NCBI GenBank assembly: GCA_031315915.1
Contig: JALDRK010000020.1
Coordinates: forward strand, 211 to 64,210
Direction of reading: 5' to 3'
Origin: Nitrospirales bacterium
GTDB lineage: Bacteria; Nitrospirota; Nitrospiria; Nitrospirales; UBA8639
Length of the DNA stretch: 64,000 nucleotides
Shown piece by piece: positions 51,680 through 60,643 of this stretch. Below the pieces are notes generated by a model, which saw only the letters and a list, made by a program, of their open reading frames with translations, did no database searches and was not told the origin of the DNA. How positions within the stretch are numbered: position 1 is the first letter of the stretch; the number at the start of each line of letters is the position of its first letter. The position numbers and the translations under genes were made by a program.

Positions 51680-52750
51680 TTAAACCGCGACCTGGTTCTG
51701 ACCGTCACTCCCACCCATTTTGGCCTCGATTGTCAAGTTTTTGTCAAGTGACCTGACCGCTTCAGCTTTATGGGCAGGGGACAGATGAGCATACCGCATC
51801 GTCATGGATAAGGACTTATGCCCCAATAATTCGCTCACCGTGGCAATGGGGGTTCCTCTCACAACTAACCATGAAGCGAAGGTATGCCGAAGGTCATGGA
51901 AATGAAAATCTGTCACTTTTGCCTCCTTACACGCCCACTCAAATCGTTTCCTCGTATCAGGAAACTTATTCCCTTCTTCGTCATGGAAAACCCAAGGCAC
52001 ATCAATTCTGGTCCGTAACCCAGCCAACACCGACCGAACCGTCTCATTGATAGGAAGGTCCCGTGCTTCCCCGTTTTTGGTATGCGTGAGGCGAATGACG
52101 CCTTGCTTAAGATCGACTTGCTCCCAGGTCAGATTGAGGACTTCTCCCCGTCTCATGCCCGTATAGAGAGCGGTAACCACCAGGGCCTTAAATCCCCCGT
52201 AACAATAGGTGAGGATATTATGCGCTTCCGTCTCATCCTCCAGGTATCGCAACCGACCGGGCGGTTCCTTTTCCTTCTGCACGTCTTTTAGATCTTGGCG
52301 AATATCCTTCCGCACCATTTTCCACGCCACGGCTTTGGTTAAGGCATGCTTAATGGTGGCCAGTTCCTTATTGATCGTAGCTGGTCCGACCTTCTCACTT
52401 CGTCGGGTTTGTCGGTAATCCTCTAACGCTTTCACCGTGAGGGAATGAATGGGAGGATTCCCAAGAATCCGCTTGAAATGCGCCACATGATACCGCTTGG
52501 TTTGGACTCCCCTTTGATGCCCCACATGTTTCAGATATTCCTCGAATAGATGTTCCAAGGAGACCGGCTTGAACGCCAATGTGGGCAAAATGCCATCCAT
52601 GGTTTCCTTCCGTCGATTGATCAGCCGTTTTTCCGCTTCCTCTTTATTGCCCGTTTTACATGATTCAAACCGTTGTTCCCCGAGAGCGTCCCGATAGGAC
52701 ATCCACCACACCGGCCCTCGTTTATAGAGTCCCTTGGTTGATCGTGCCAT
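51680..52750 (-). CDS. tyrosine-type site-specific integrase
   Basis: 356 aa. Contains RRGEVLNLTW, HDLRHTFASWLV and LLGHKSLSMTMRYAHL (R..HxxR..Y catalytic pattern). Confidence 0.9.
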   Translation of the reverse strand: MARSTKGLYKRGPVWWMSYRDALGEQRFESCKTGNKEEAEKRLINRRKETMDGILPTLAFKPVSLEHLFEEYLKHVGHQRGVQTKRYHVAHFKRILGNPPIHSLTVKALEDYRQTRRSEKVGPATINKELATIKHALTKAVAWKMVRKDIRQDLKDVQKEKEPPGRLRYLEDETEAHNILTYCYGGFKALVVTALYTGMRRGEVLNLTWEQVDLKQGVIRLTHTKNGEARDLPINETVRSVLAGLRTRIDVPWVFHDEEGNKFPDTRKRFEWACKEAKVTDFHFHDLRHTFASWLVVRGTPIATVSELLGHKSLSMTMRYAHLSPAHKAEAVRSLDKNLTIEAKMGGSDGQNQVAV

Positions 52751-52766
52751 TTCCTACGCTCCTCCC

Positions 52767-52904
52767 TTATTTTTGAGGGTGGTTAAGTTCCCGATCCAAC
52801 AACGCCCGAATGTACCCACTGACGGTGTAACCCTGAGCCCTCAAACCATCCAATTTGGCCTTCAATGGCTGGGGTAAATGAATTAACATTTTGATCATCG
52901 ACAT
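52767..52904 (-). CDS. 45-aa ribbon-helix-helix protein (possible excisionase/regulator)
   Basis: Below the ORF-track size cut-off. MSMIKMLIHLPQPLKAKLDGLRAQGYTVSGYIRALLDRELNHPQK, with GGAGG 8 nt upstream. The stop lies 14 nt before the integrase RBS. Confidence 0.55.
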   Translation of the reverse strand: MSMIKMLIHLPQPLKAKLDGLRAQGYTVSGYIRALLDRELNHPQK

Positions 52905-52935
52905 CCTTCTCACCTCCTTTCCATAAGAATTTATG

Positions 52936-52969
52936 ATATGTAAAGATAGCTTTATATGTCAAGCGATAG
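52936..52969. promoter_or_regulatory. imperfect direct repeats in the divergent RHH-RHH intergenic region (operator candidates)
   Basis: ATATGTaAAGaTAG (52936-52949) and ATATGTcAAGcgATAG (52954-52969). Confidence 0.3.
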
Positions 52970-53005
52970 TTGATCCTATTGGGGGCTAGTGCTACGGTTC
53001 CGTTC

Positions 53006-53206
53006 ATGCCAAAGACCAGAGCCCCGATAGAACTCAATGACGAACCCGGAACCTGGATTTTTCGGGACATTCCCCGAGACGTGATGCGCCGAGCCAAAGC
53101 TGCCGCAGCCATTCAGGGGAAGTCAGTGAGACAACTGACAATCGATTTGATGGAGGAACACCTTCAAGAGTTGGATAAAAAGGGTATTTTGCCAAAAGGA
53201 AAATAA
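53006..53206 (+). CDS. 66-aa ribbon-helix-helix-like protein
   Basis: ORF 52970..53206 from ATG 53006. ...WIFRDIPRDVMRRAKAAAAIQGKSVRQLTIDLMEEHL is a CopG/Arc-like strand-helix-helix pattern. Confidence 0.5.
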   Translation: MPKTRAPIELNDEPGTWIFRDIPRDVMRRAKAAAAIQGKSVRQLTIDLMEEHLQELDKKGILPKGK

Positions 53207-53736
53207 GGGTTGAACAGATTTCGACCTCATCAAAAGGGATCATGGGCATTTCATTACTTAGTAACTCCAGGTGTGGTAGGCCAGGGAAGCGGCTTCGCCA
53301 TGTTCCTATTGAAGCCGAAAAAGCTGTTGAAATAATCATGTTGGCCAGTCATCTCCTTCGGATCGTGGATTCTGGATCTGTCAGGCCAAGCCCGGTTAGT
53401 CCAGGGAATCTGCCCTGAGCATTCTTCTTTCAGCCTTCAAAGGGTACTTGTCTTTTTTGATAATTTCCGATATTCATTATTGAGCAAGTTTTTACATGCC
53501 TGGCCCCCGACGCGATGGTTCAGATCACGTCGGGGTTGTGTTATGTCGCCAGACAGTTGTATCCCCCAATCGGTGTTGGGGGTCTTGTGACCCTTCATCT
53601 GGGCCACAAATTCTGCCACGCCCGCTTTCAAACCCCGCTCCCTGCTTGGATTATTCCAGATGCCTCCGTGGTATAGGCATAGGTCTTGGTCCAGGTATGG
53701 GGAAGAGTATCAGTATGAGGTTGTGCCTGAGGTGTT

Positions 53737-54213
53737 TTATTCATATGAATCAGTCAGGCGACGGACCAATCCCCGAATAACAGAATATTGGAGGGCAGGC
53801 GGGCGCTCCCACCCTCTCGCGTTTTTGGTCACCGTGACCACATCTGCTAAAAACACCTTTCCCCGAAAAACTTTCGTACTCATTCGATCATAGCGATCGG
53901 GCTTTTTGCCAACAGCCAAAACCCAGGTTTGGAGGAACTTTGAGGAAGAGTGCCATTTTTTTCGACTGGTGATGTCGCATACCAAATAGAGTTGATTGCC
54001 ATGAAATTCCCCTGGGGTAATGATTTGAAACCACAAAAATAACTTTTGTCGTCTGAAGAATTTTTTCTTATCAGCCCTGAGGAATTGAACTTCATAACGA
54101 CTCGGTTGAATGAGAGGGGGAAGGACCACCTCCCCCGTCTCACTCAGTTCAATGTCTTCATTCTCATCTTCAAGGAATTCTTCTTTTTGGGGCTGGCTTG
54201 AGGATTTTTTCAT
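53737..54213 (-). CDS. hypothetical island protein (158 aa)
   Basis: Start at MKKSSSQ. ATGA overlap with the upstream AlpA-like gene. No recognisable motif. Confidence 0.5.
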   Translation of the reverse strand: MKKSSSQPQKEEFLEDENEDIELSETGEVVLPPLIQPSRYEVQFLRADKKKFFRRQKLFLWFQIITPGEFHGNQLYLVCDITSRKKWHSSSKFLQTWVLAVGKKPDRYDRMSTKVFRGKVFLADVVTVTKNARGWERPPALQYSVIRGLVRRLTDSYE

Positions 54214-54410
54214 CGTCCCCTCTCTTTCCCGATAGTTCGTGACTGATCGGCCTGCTCCCTCATCCAGGTTTTCAAAGCTTCTACATCCCAACGGAGTGCT
54301 TTGCCGGCACGATAGGCGGCAGGGATGTTCGGCCAATTCCGGTACAAAAACCATTTACTTAACCCCACTGCCTTTGCAGCGACTTCCGTTGATTCCAGAT
54401 GGCTCATCAT
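54210..54410 (-). CDS. AlpA/excisionase-family helix-turn-helix protein
   Basis: LESTEVAAKAVGLSKWFLYRNW... is a typical short MerR-like HTH of island regulators. Confidence 0.65.
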   Translation of the reverse strand: MMSHLESTEVAAKAVGLSKWFLYRNWPNIPAAYRAGKALRWDVEALKTWMREQADQSRTIGKERGR

Positions 54411-54621
54411 TTTTCCTCCTTGACAAAGGGTTAGTCTGATTAAGCAAGGATTTATCCTTCTTTGGGCTCCTTGTCAGGGAAGCATTATTCTTTTTCAATC
54501 CTACTCATGGGAATGAAAAATTATTTTCATTCCCTACTTGAAAACAAAGGAAAATTTCAAATGAAATATTGGAAGGCTTATAATGAGTGAGGCAGGGTAG
54601 TGGCAGAAGAAGACTATCAAT

Positions 54622-55425
54622 TTACGAACCAAGATATTTTTCTTCAGGAGATTTCTTATGGTCTGGATGATACTGTTTTAGTTCATCTGGCATTGATATA
54701 TAGGTGAAATACCTAAGAAACGCACTTTTAGCCTCTAAGCCAGTATCTAGTTCGCCCCATTCTTCCTCATCCCTGAAATAATCATTATATCTTTTCTTCT
54801 GTTTGGAATTTTGGAAGATCTTTCTGACTGCATCCCCAGAAATATTTGCTCTAGCGCTTTTCTTGACCAGACATAGAATCCTGAAATTTTTACTGTGAAT
54901 TTCATTCGCAATTGATTCGGAAACCATATCACAAGCCTTGGAAAGGGAAATCTGAGGAAAAAAATAGACTAATTTTGCAATTAGATACACAATTCCACTA
55001 TCTCGATCCTTCAGATTTTGTTTGACAATAAAACGTCGGGGACTTGTCGCATTATTTTTAAAACCCAATGTAGTATTGAGGCTTAGCTGAGCCTCAGAGT
55101 CCAAAAAAGAATGGAATGCCTTGGCCAAGAAATTTTGAATAGCAATAGGAGGATTTAGTCCAGCATCAATTGCGTAAACAAAGGTCTGCAATGCGTGGAT
55201 AGGATGACGAGTTTTTTGAAAATCCATATAGCTTAGATAAAATCTACCCCCTTCATCGGACTCTGCTGCTTCGTCTTCTATAAGATATCCATTGGGTAGT
55301 TTTTTGACCTGTTCTTTTCGCATTTTTTTGTCTCTCCACAAAGGGTGCGTGGAAAAGATTGCTCCAATTTTTTCATCACTGTGTTCAAATTGGTATTTGT
55401 CTTTTCCCTCGTATCGCAGATACAT
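54622..55425 (-). CDS. hypothetical protein in the most AT-rich block of the island
   Basis: 267-aa ORF, Lys/Asn/Phe-rich. No motif recognised. Confidence 0.55.
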   Translation of the reverse strand: MYLRYEGKDKYQFEHSDEKIGAIFSTHPLWRDKKMRKEQVKKLPNGYLIEDEAAESDEGGRFYLSYMDFQKTRHPIHALQTFVYAIDAGLNPPIAIQNFLAKAFHSFLDSEAQLSLNTTLGFKNNATSPRRFIVKQNLKDRDSGIVYLIAKLVYFFPQISLSKACDMVSESIANEIHSKNFRILCLVKKSARANISGDAVRKIFQNSKQKKRYNDYFRDEEEWGELDTGLEAKSAFLRYFTYISMPDELKQYHPDHKKSPEEKYLGS

Positions 55426-56059
55426 GCCAATGCCTCCTTCCTAATTGGGTTTGGACTTCCCAGGTGGTAGTTTTGACAGCATGATACTCATTCTGTTTAT
55501 TCGTAACAAAGAGCCATCGTAAGCAAAACAAGGCTTTTTCGTGCAAGTAAAAATGTGACGCACTCCATGTTTAATCTCTTATTCCCTTTCGGTTCCCTTT
55601 TGGGGGAGCGGTTTAACGGAGTTCAGGAATGAAGAAACTGGATTTAATTTTACCTGGGTAGGCCCCATTAAGGTGGCCTTGCTCTTATTCGGCGGTTATG
55701 TCAAGTTTGCTGCTTTAGTGGAGAAGGGCTATGAGAAAAACTAGGTGCGGGAGATGGAGAAGGCATTCATGGAAAGATGTCCCAAAGCTGGTTCGTCAGG
55801 ACCGTAAATGGAGCAGGGCTATTGTAGAGCAGGTGAGCGAGGAGCCTTCCCTCAGGGGAAGATGTGGTGGTCGGGTGGATTGTCATCAATTTGTGACGAT
55901 CCGCCTATTATATGCGATATTTGATGATCTTTTGGGAACCTTTCTTGGTGGGCGCCCTCCTCGTCGGCAGCGTTTCTTCGCTTGAATTTCGGTGTAGTGC
56001 CCAATTTCACCATAAGTTTTGTTGGTTGGCTTTAATCCCTTTGTTGAAACGTGGCCATC

Positions 56060-57586
56060 ATGGGTTTTCGCTTTCGCAAATCCCTAAACGCCGGTCCTTT
56101 TCGCCTCAATCTGTCCAAATCTGGACTCGGGTGGAGTTGGGGCATCCCTGGATTGCGTTGGACTCAAAGGGCGGACCAGCGACAACAGGTAACGTTTAAC
56201 CTACCAGGTTCAGGGATTTCTTATGTTCAAACGTCAAAAAATCGTGGGGTGATCGGTCAAAAACACCCTTCCTCTCCTCTGGCACCTTCATTCTGGAAAT
56301 GGACGTTGACAGGCCTGGTTAGTTACGTCTTGGCCTTTTTGGTCCTAGTTTTCTTGCCGCAATATCCCATCATTTTTGTTTTCCTCGTAATTGTTGGGAC
56401 CACTTGTTTTGTTATTTTTTCTATTGGGGCTTTAATTGCTTGGTTCTCGAAATCTCAGTCGAGTGTGCCTGTGACGGGACATCCTTCCTCCTCGACATTG
56501 AGAAGTGCTTTGGGCCCGGCGGGGGTACTCTTAGAAGAGCTGTTGGTAACTTTACGAAAAGATTGGACGAAGGGGGTGCAATACATTCAAGAACGCATTC
56601 AGGACCCTCATGTCCAAGCCTGGGTCGCTCAGGATCCTGGCCTCCTGTTTCTCATTGGTGTGACCCATCCGTCTGCCGAACAGGCGGGGAGATTTATGAC
56701 ACGATTTCGCCAAATTTGGCCACGTGTTCGCATAGAGCAGCAAGTTCTTTACCAGGAGGTGCTAAGAGAGTCTCTAGTTTTTACCATTCTTCCCCGTTTT
56801 TCATTTGGCCGTCATATAGATTTAAATCCGTGGGTCAGGTGCACCTGCAATCTCTCAATCCATGACCAGTCAGCAAAATTTTTTTTAGGTTATTGTGCCT
56901 ATCAAATGAACCATTACGAGCGAGCGATTCACCTGTTGTCTGGTTTTACAGAATCTTGGTTAGCTTCTCCCGCCCAATTATTGATGGCCAATGCTCATAT
57001 TCAATTGGACCAGATACCCCGGGCATGTGGTTGCTTTCGTTCCCTTGCTGAGCATGAAACCGAAAAAGACCGAAAAGTGGCTTTTTCCATCCTAGAAGCC
57101 TATCTCCGGGCCGACCAAGGTGACAGATGTATTGCTTTGGTGATTGTGCAACGTTACCAGCGGTGGCAGGCTCTGTCCCCTAATTTGAAGAAAATTTTAT
57201 GGTACTTATTGGGATTATGGCTCTATGAAGAAAAAGAGTTCCCACGAGCTCAAAAATGGCTTGAACGAGTTGTCGCTCTTGATCCCAACTTTGAAGATTG
57301 CCAAGAAATTATGAGAACCATGCCATCCAAACGGTCTGGTACTTCCAGCACCAAATTTCAACAGGCCCAAGTAGACAAGGAAAATTCTCCAGATCCCTAT
57401 ACCGTGCTCGGGGTTTCTCGAAATGCCACCAAAGAGGAAATCAGGCAAGCCTATCGAAAAGCCATGAGTGGTTACCACCCCGATAAAGTGGCTCACCTTG
57501 GACAGGATTTGCAAGCATTAGCTGCTCAAAGGGCCAAGAGTATTAACCAGGCCTACGATTCAATCAAACGGGAACGAGGAGGGTAG
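56060..57586 (+). CDS. DUF4236 - transmembrane - TPR-like - J-domain (DnaJ-like) protein
   Basis: N-terminal MGFRFRKSLNAGPFRLNLSKSGLGWSWGIPGLRW (DUF4236 pattern), two TM helices, a helical-repeat middle region, and a C-terminal J-domain (DPYTVLGVSRNATKEEIRQAYRKAMSGYHPDK). Confidence 0.75.
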   Translation: MGFRFRKSLNAGPFRLNLSKSGLGWSWGIPGLRWTQRADQRQQVTFNLPGSGISYVQTSKNRGVIGQKHPSSPLAPSFWKWTLTGLVSYVLAFLVLVFLPQYPIIFVFLVIVGTTCFVIFSIGALIAWFSKSQSSVPVTGHPSSSTLRSALGPAGVLLEELLVTLRKDWTKGVQYIQERIQDPHVQAWVAQDPGLLFLIGVTHPSAEQAGRFMTRFRQIWPRVRIEQQVLYQEVLRESLVFTILPRFSFGRHIDLNPWVRCTCNLSIHDQSAKFFLGYCAYQMNHYERAIHLLSGFTESWLASPAQLLMANAHIQLDQIPRACGCFRSLAEHETEKDRKVAFSILEAYLRADQGDRCIALVIVQRYQRWQALSPNLKKILWYLLGLWLYEEKEFPRAQKWLERVVALDPNFEDCQEIMRTMPSKRSGTSSTKFQQAQVDKENSPDPYTVLGVSRNATKEEIRQAYRKAMSGYHPDKVAHLGQDLQALAAQRAKSINQAYDSIKRERGG

Positions 57587-57690
57587 TGCTTATGCCTATA
57601 AGATTCTGGGAGACCGTCTCAAATTGACTTTTCATGTTCAGTATTCAACGCCCGTTTTCGACACATAGAGACAAGGGAAAACGGGTTACT

Positions 57691-57727
57691 GGGGCACGAC
57701 TTTCTGCAGTCCATAAAAAAGAGGCTG
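57691..57727. repeat. copy 1 of an imperfect direct repeat (core CAGTCCATAAAAAAG)
   Basis: Shares an exact 15-mer and ~27/37 positions with 58289..58324. A second exact 16-mer (TGGACACGATAAAAAA) recurs at 57817-57832 and 58394-58409 in the same order. Confidence 0.6.
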
Positions 57728-57767
57728 TTTTATTGAAATTCTGGGTCATCTTTGAACTGAAAATGGC

Positions 57768-58223
57768 ATGAATGAAGACAGAGAATATTACCAAAAACCG
57801 TTTCAATTAGAGTTTTTGGACACGATAAAAAAGAAGGTCTTTTCCGTATTGAAAAGGGCATTTCCGATAGGGTTGCTTTTGATGGCTTGCACAGCCTGCG
57901 CCTCGGGGCATCTCACCCCAATTTCTTTGGCAGTGGACGGGTTGGTGACTTTGGAAGATCTTTGCGAAGAGCCCATTGAGGATATGCAAACGCTGACATC
58001 TTTAGAAGCAACGGCGGATATGCTGGCCCTCCCAATGTCGATGGCCATCTGGACAGTACGGCTTGTGGCCTATTCCACCGTTGGGATGGGTATGGTCCTG
58101 GCTGGGAAAGATGCGAAGGCTACGGTCGACCAAATCAATTGGGTATTACCGTGGGACTTGGCCGGACCGGATCCTGATCAAGTTCGATATCTCCCGGAAA
58201 TGGTCAAAAAAGAGGGTTGTTGA
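57768..58223 (+). CDS. putative lipoprotein
   Basis: 151 aa with lipobox LLLMAC|T after a charged N-terminal extension. Confidence 0.5.
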   Translation: MNEDREYYQKPFQLEFLDTIKKKVFSVLKRAFPIGLLLMACTACASGHLTPISLAVDGLVTLEDLCEEPIEDMQTLTSLEATADMLALPMSMAIWTVRLVAYSTVGMGMVLAGKDAKATVDQINWVLPWDLAGPDPDQVRYLPEMVKKEGC

Positions 58224-58288
58224 GATTCCATTCAACCAAAAGAAGGACATGCCTTTTAGATAGAGGGGCTGAGAAAAATGTCCGTGTT

Positions 58289-58324
58289 GGGGAAGAGTTT
58301 TCACAGTCCATAAAAAAGGGGTCG
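58289..58324. repeat. copy 2 of the imperfect direct repeat
   Basis: See the entry for 57691..57727. Confidence 0.6.
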
Positions 58325-59287
58325 GAATTTCACCCAAACGGACTTCAGAATGTCAGATTTGTCTATAAGTTAGTTCCGCCACGGGGTAATTACTGGACAC
58401 GATAAAAAAAGGGGGGGAAAGACCGCCTGAAAGAGGTTAAGAGACCGAGGCGGATATAGAGATTCAGGATGGCAGATTCATGGGTCTCAAATCTCCTCCT
58501 ACTGCTTAACCAATCGGGCCAATCGCCTCATGCATCCATTGGCCAGATCGAGGCCAGGCATCCTCTTTGCGCAGGATCTCGCCATGGCGAACGCTCTTGG
58601 GAACTGCCGTTAGGCCATTATGGACACCCGCAGATTACCGTAACTCCTTATGAACTCATGTCGCTCTATGTAGGCTAAGCATGATTTAACTCTTTTAAAG
58701 CGGACGCCTTTTCTGAAAGATCTCGACTCGTTGATTCAGAAAATTCAATTTGGCTTGAAATCGAAAATCTTGAATCATATCGAACGCATTGTTCAGATAT
58801 TTGCTCCTCGCCACAGTCCTGTCTGTCTTTTCGACAAAAAGGGGGAGCTTTTGCGAGAACTGCGACGAACCCTACAACTTCTCAGCGCTCCGAGGTTCTT
58901 TCTCGCCATAAACGGGAATTTGACGAAATAATTCCTCCTCCGGATTGTCTGAAGTTGCCGATCCAATCTTTCTTTGCTCAGATTATAAAAATCTGGAGTT
59001 GAACATTAGGAAGGTTCCAATAACCTAGATTCGTCCCTGCCGCCGAATTCCTTTTATTTCGGCACCTCGATCCCGTCAAATGGCCCGACCAAGTCCTGAC
59101 CCAATGCGAATTCAAGCATCACTCTTACCTCCTCGGTGCAGCATGCGGACGGATCAACCAATATGGTGGTGAATCAACAGCAACCCAGTACCAAGGGAGT
59201 CAGATTGTGATTCTTAAAAAAGACCAGGGATAATATTTGGCGAGAGAAAGGATTTTCTTGTGGGAACAGACTTTTCAGTCGATCAGC

Positions 59288-59497
59288 TTAGGCAAAGACT
59301 AATCGGCCTTTTGGTTGGGGAACAGAGCGTCCCATCTCCTTTGCGGTTTCGAGCCATTCCTGGATGACAATTTCCACATTGCCTAAGGCTTCTTGATAGG
59401 TGGGGCCGTCAGCAGCACACCCGGCCAATTCAGGGACCTCCGCGATAAACGCTTCATCTTCCTGACTCCAAAAAATGATAATTTCATATTTAGGCAT
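59288..59497 (-). CDS. hicB: HicB-family antitoxin
   Basis: MPKYEIIIFWSQEDEAFIAEVPELAGCAADGPTYQEALGNVEIVIQEWLE is the canonical HicB/UPF0150 fold pattern. Confidence 0.8.
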   Translation of the reverse strand: MPKYEIIIFWSQEDEAFIAEVPELAGCAADGPTYQEALGNVEIVIQEWLETAKEMGRSVPQPKGRLVFA

Positions 59498-59750
59498 CGT
59501 CGGACCCTCCTAATTGGTATTTGATTAACACGAGACGGACTTGCTTGACCTGATAGGGTTTGGCTTGCGAGCCTTTGGCTTGAAGGTTGAGGATTTCTTC
59601 CACATGTTCTCTGGTGAAAATATGATGAGATCCCTTGATGCGTTCTTTAAATTTCAGATGAAGCAATAAATTCCGCAAACCCTCGAAGGAGATATGGGCG
59701 TCCGAAGTCCCTCGCAAAATTTGAAGCAGCAGTTTGTCGTATTTGGACAT
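59490..59750 (-). CDS. hicA: HicA-like toxin
   Basis: KGSHHIF motif. 8-nt overlap with hicB, in toxin-first order. Confidence 0.7.
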   Translation of the reverse strand: MSKYDKLLLQILRGTSDAHISFEGLRNLLLHLKFKERIKGSHHIFTREHVEEILNLQAKGSQAKPYQVKQVRLVLIKYQLGGSDDA

Positions 59751-60489
59751 TATGACAGCATATGTTCCTAACCATATCGAATACTATTCAACAGTCTAGG
59801 GAAATTCTTCTTCAAGAGGCAAGGGGATCGAAGCGGGGCACATCCAGTATTATTGAAGATTGTTCACCATATTCAAGTTCCCTTGCTACTTGGTCAATGA
59901 GATTTTCATGGTACCGGCTAATACGAGCGAGGATCCAAGGAGGCACTCGGTTCAGCCGCACTCAATATCTATTATGCGAAATGGATTGAAAGTCGTACGA
60001 AGGAGGAGACCGTGCAATACACGATTCATCAAGCCTGAGGATCGATCGATATGTGGGAGGTTCCGGTGGGGGACATTCTCCAGGTCTCCGGGACAAAAAC
60101 GTCGAGTGGAGGTGACTGGCGCATTGGAAGGAGAGACAGTGGTGGATGCGGTGCGGGTTGTCAGTGCAGGCACGAGTGCGCCGGGGTTTAATATGTCCAT
60201 GCCGATCATTTGGGTAGTCCCCAGAAGATGACCAATGCCAATCAAGCCTTGGTCTAGGATGCAGTGTCTACGCCATTTGGGCAGGTGCACCGAATTACCG
60301 ACACTGTGACGAACAATCAGCGATTCCCGGCCCCTGTAAAATTGTCAAGTAATTGTCTAGTGGCTACCATAACTTGACATCGCCTTTCGTGGCACCCTGT
60401 TACAAGGGAAATGAGAAAACCCTCTTGAATACAGGCCGTAAGCTATGCCAGGCTACGGCGAACAACAGAGGGAAAGTGACCTTCAGTCC

Positions 60490-60559
60490 ATTCAGGGTCT
60501 AGCGCCCTCCGGGGTGTGCGGGTTCAAATCCCGTCTTCGGCACCATCCCCGTTTTTCCT
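60490..60559. repeat. attR: partial tRNA-Leu 3' copy
   Basis: Direct repeat of 51578..51647 with no tRNA 5' half upstream. Confidence 0.9.
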
Positions 60560-60643
60560 CGTCGACGATTTCCGTACCAACCCAATCTTCATGCCCTCAT
60601 TACAATCGTCCTGGCCATAAATAATAGAGATTATTCCATTTGA

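Larger units (their letters stand above)
51578..60559. mobile_element. ~9-kb integrative genomic island inserted at the 3' end of tRNA-Leu(CAG)
   Basis: A tyrosine integrase lies next to the tRNA and 70-nt direct repeats sit at both ends. The interior has patchy AT-rich composition and carries an AlpA-like gene, RHH genes and hicAB. Confidence 0.8.

Noticed and set aside
58430-58935. Fragments resembling a second HicA-like or other small toxin gene on the minus strand, with small ORFs 58469..58678 and 58731..58931 on the plus strand.
   Set aside because: There are only short similarity patches interrupted by stops and frame changes, and no start or RBS. They are treated as decayed remnants.
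59790-60480. ORFs 59860..60231(+) and 59952..60290(-) near attR. A minus-strand frame has a faint resemblance to a Y1/RAYT-like transposase N-terminus (HLPKW).
   Set aside because: The ORFs overlap each other antisense, have no supporting motifs beyond a pentapeptide and no RBS. This is not enough evidence.
60490-60559. A second tRNA-Leu gene.
   Set aside because: Only the 3' part, from the anticodon loop onward, is present and there is no matching 5' half upstream. It is the attR repeat of the island.
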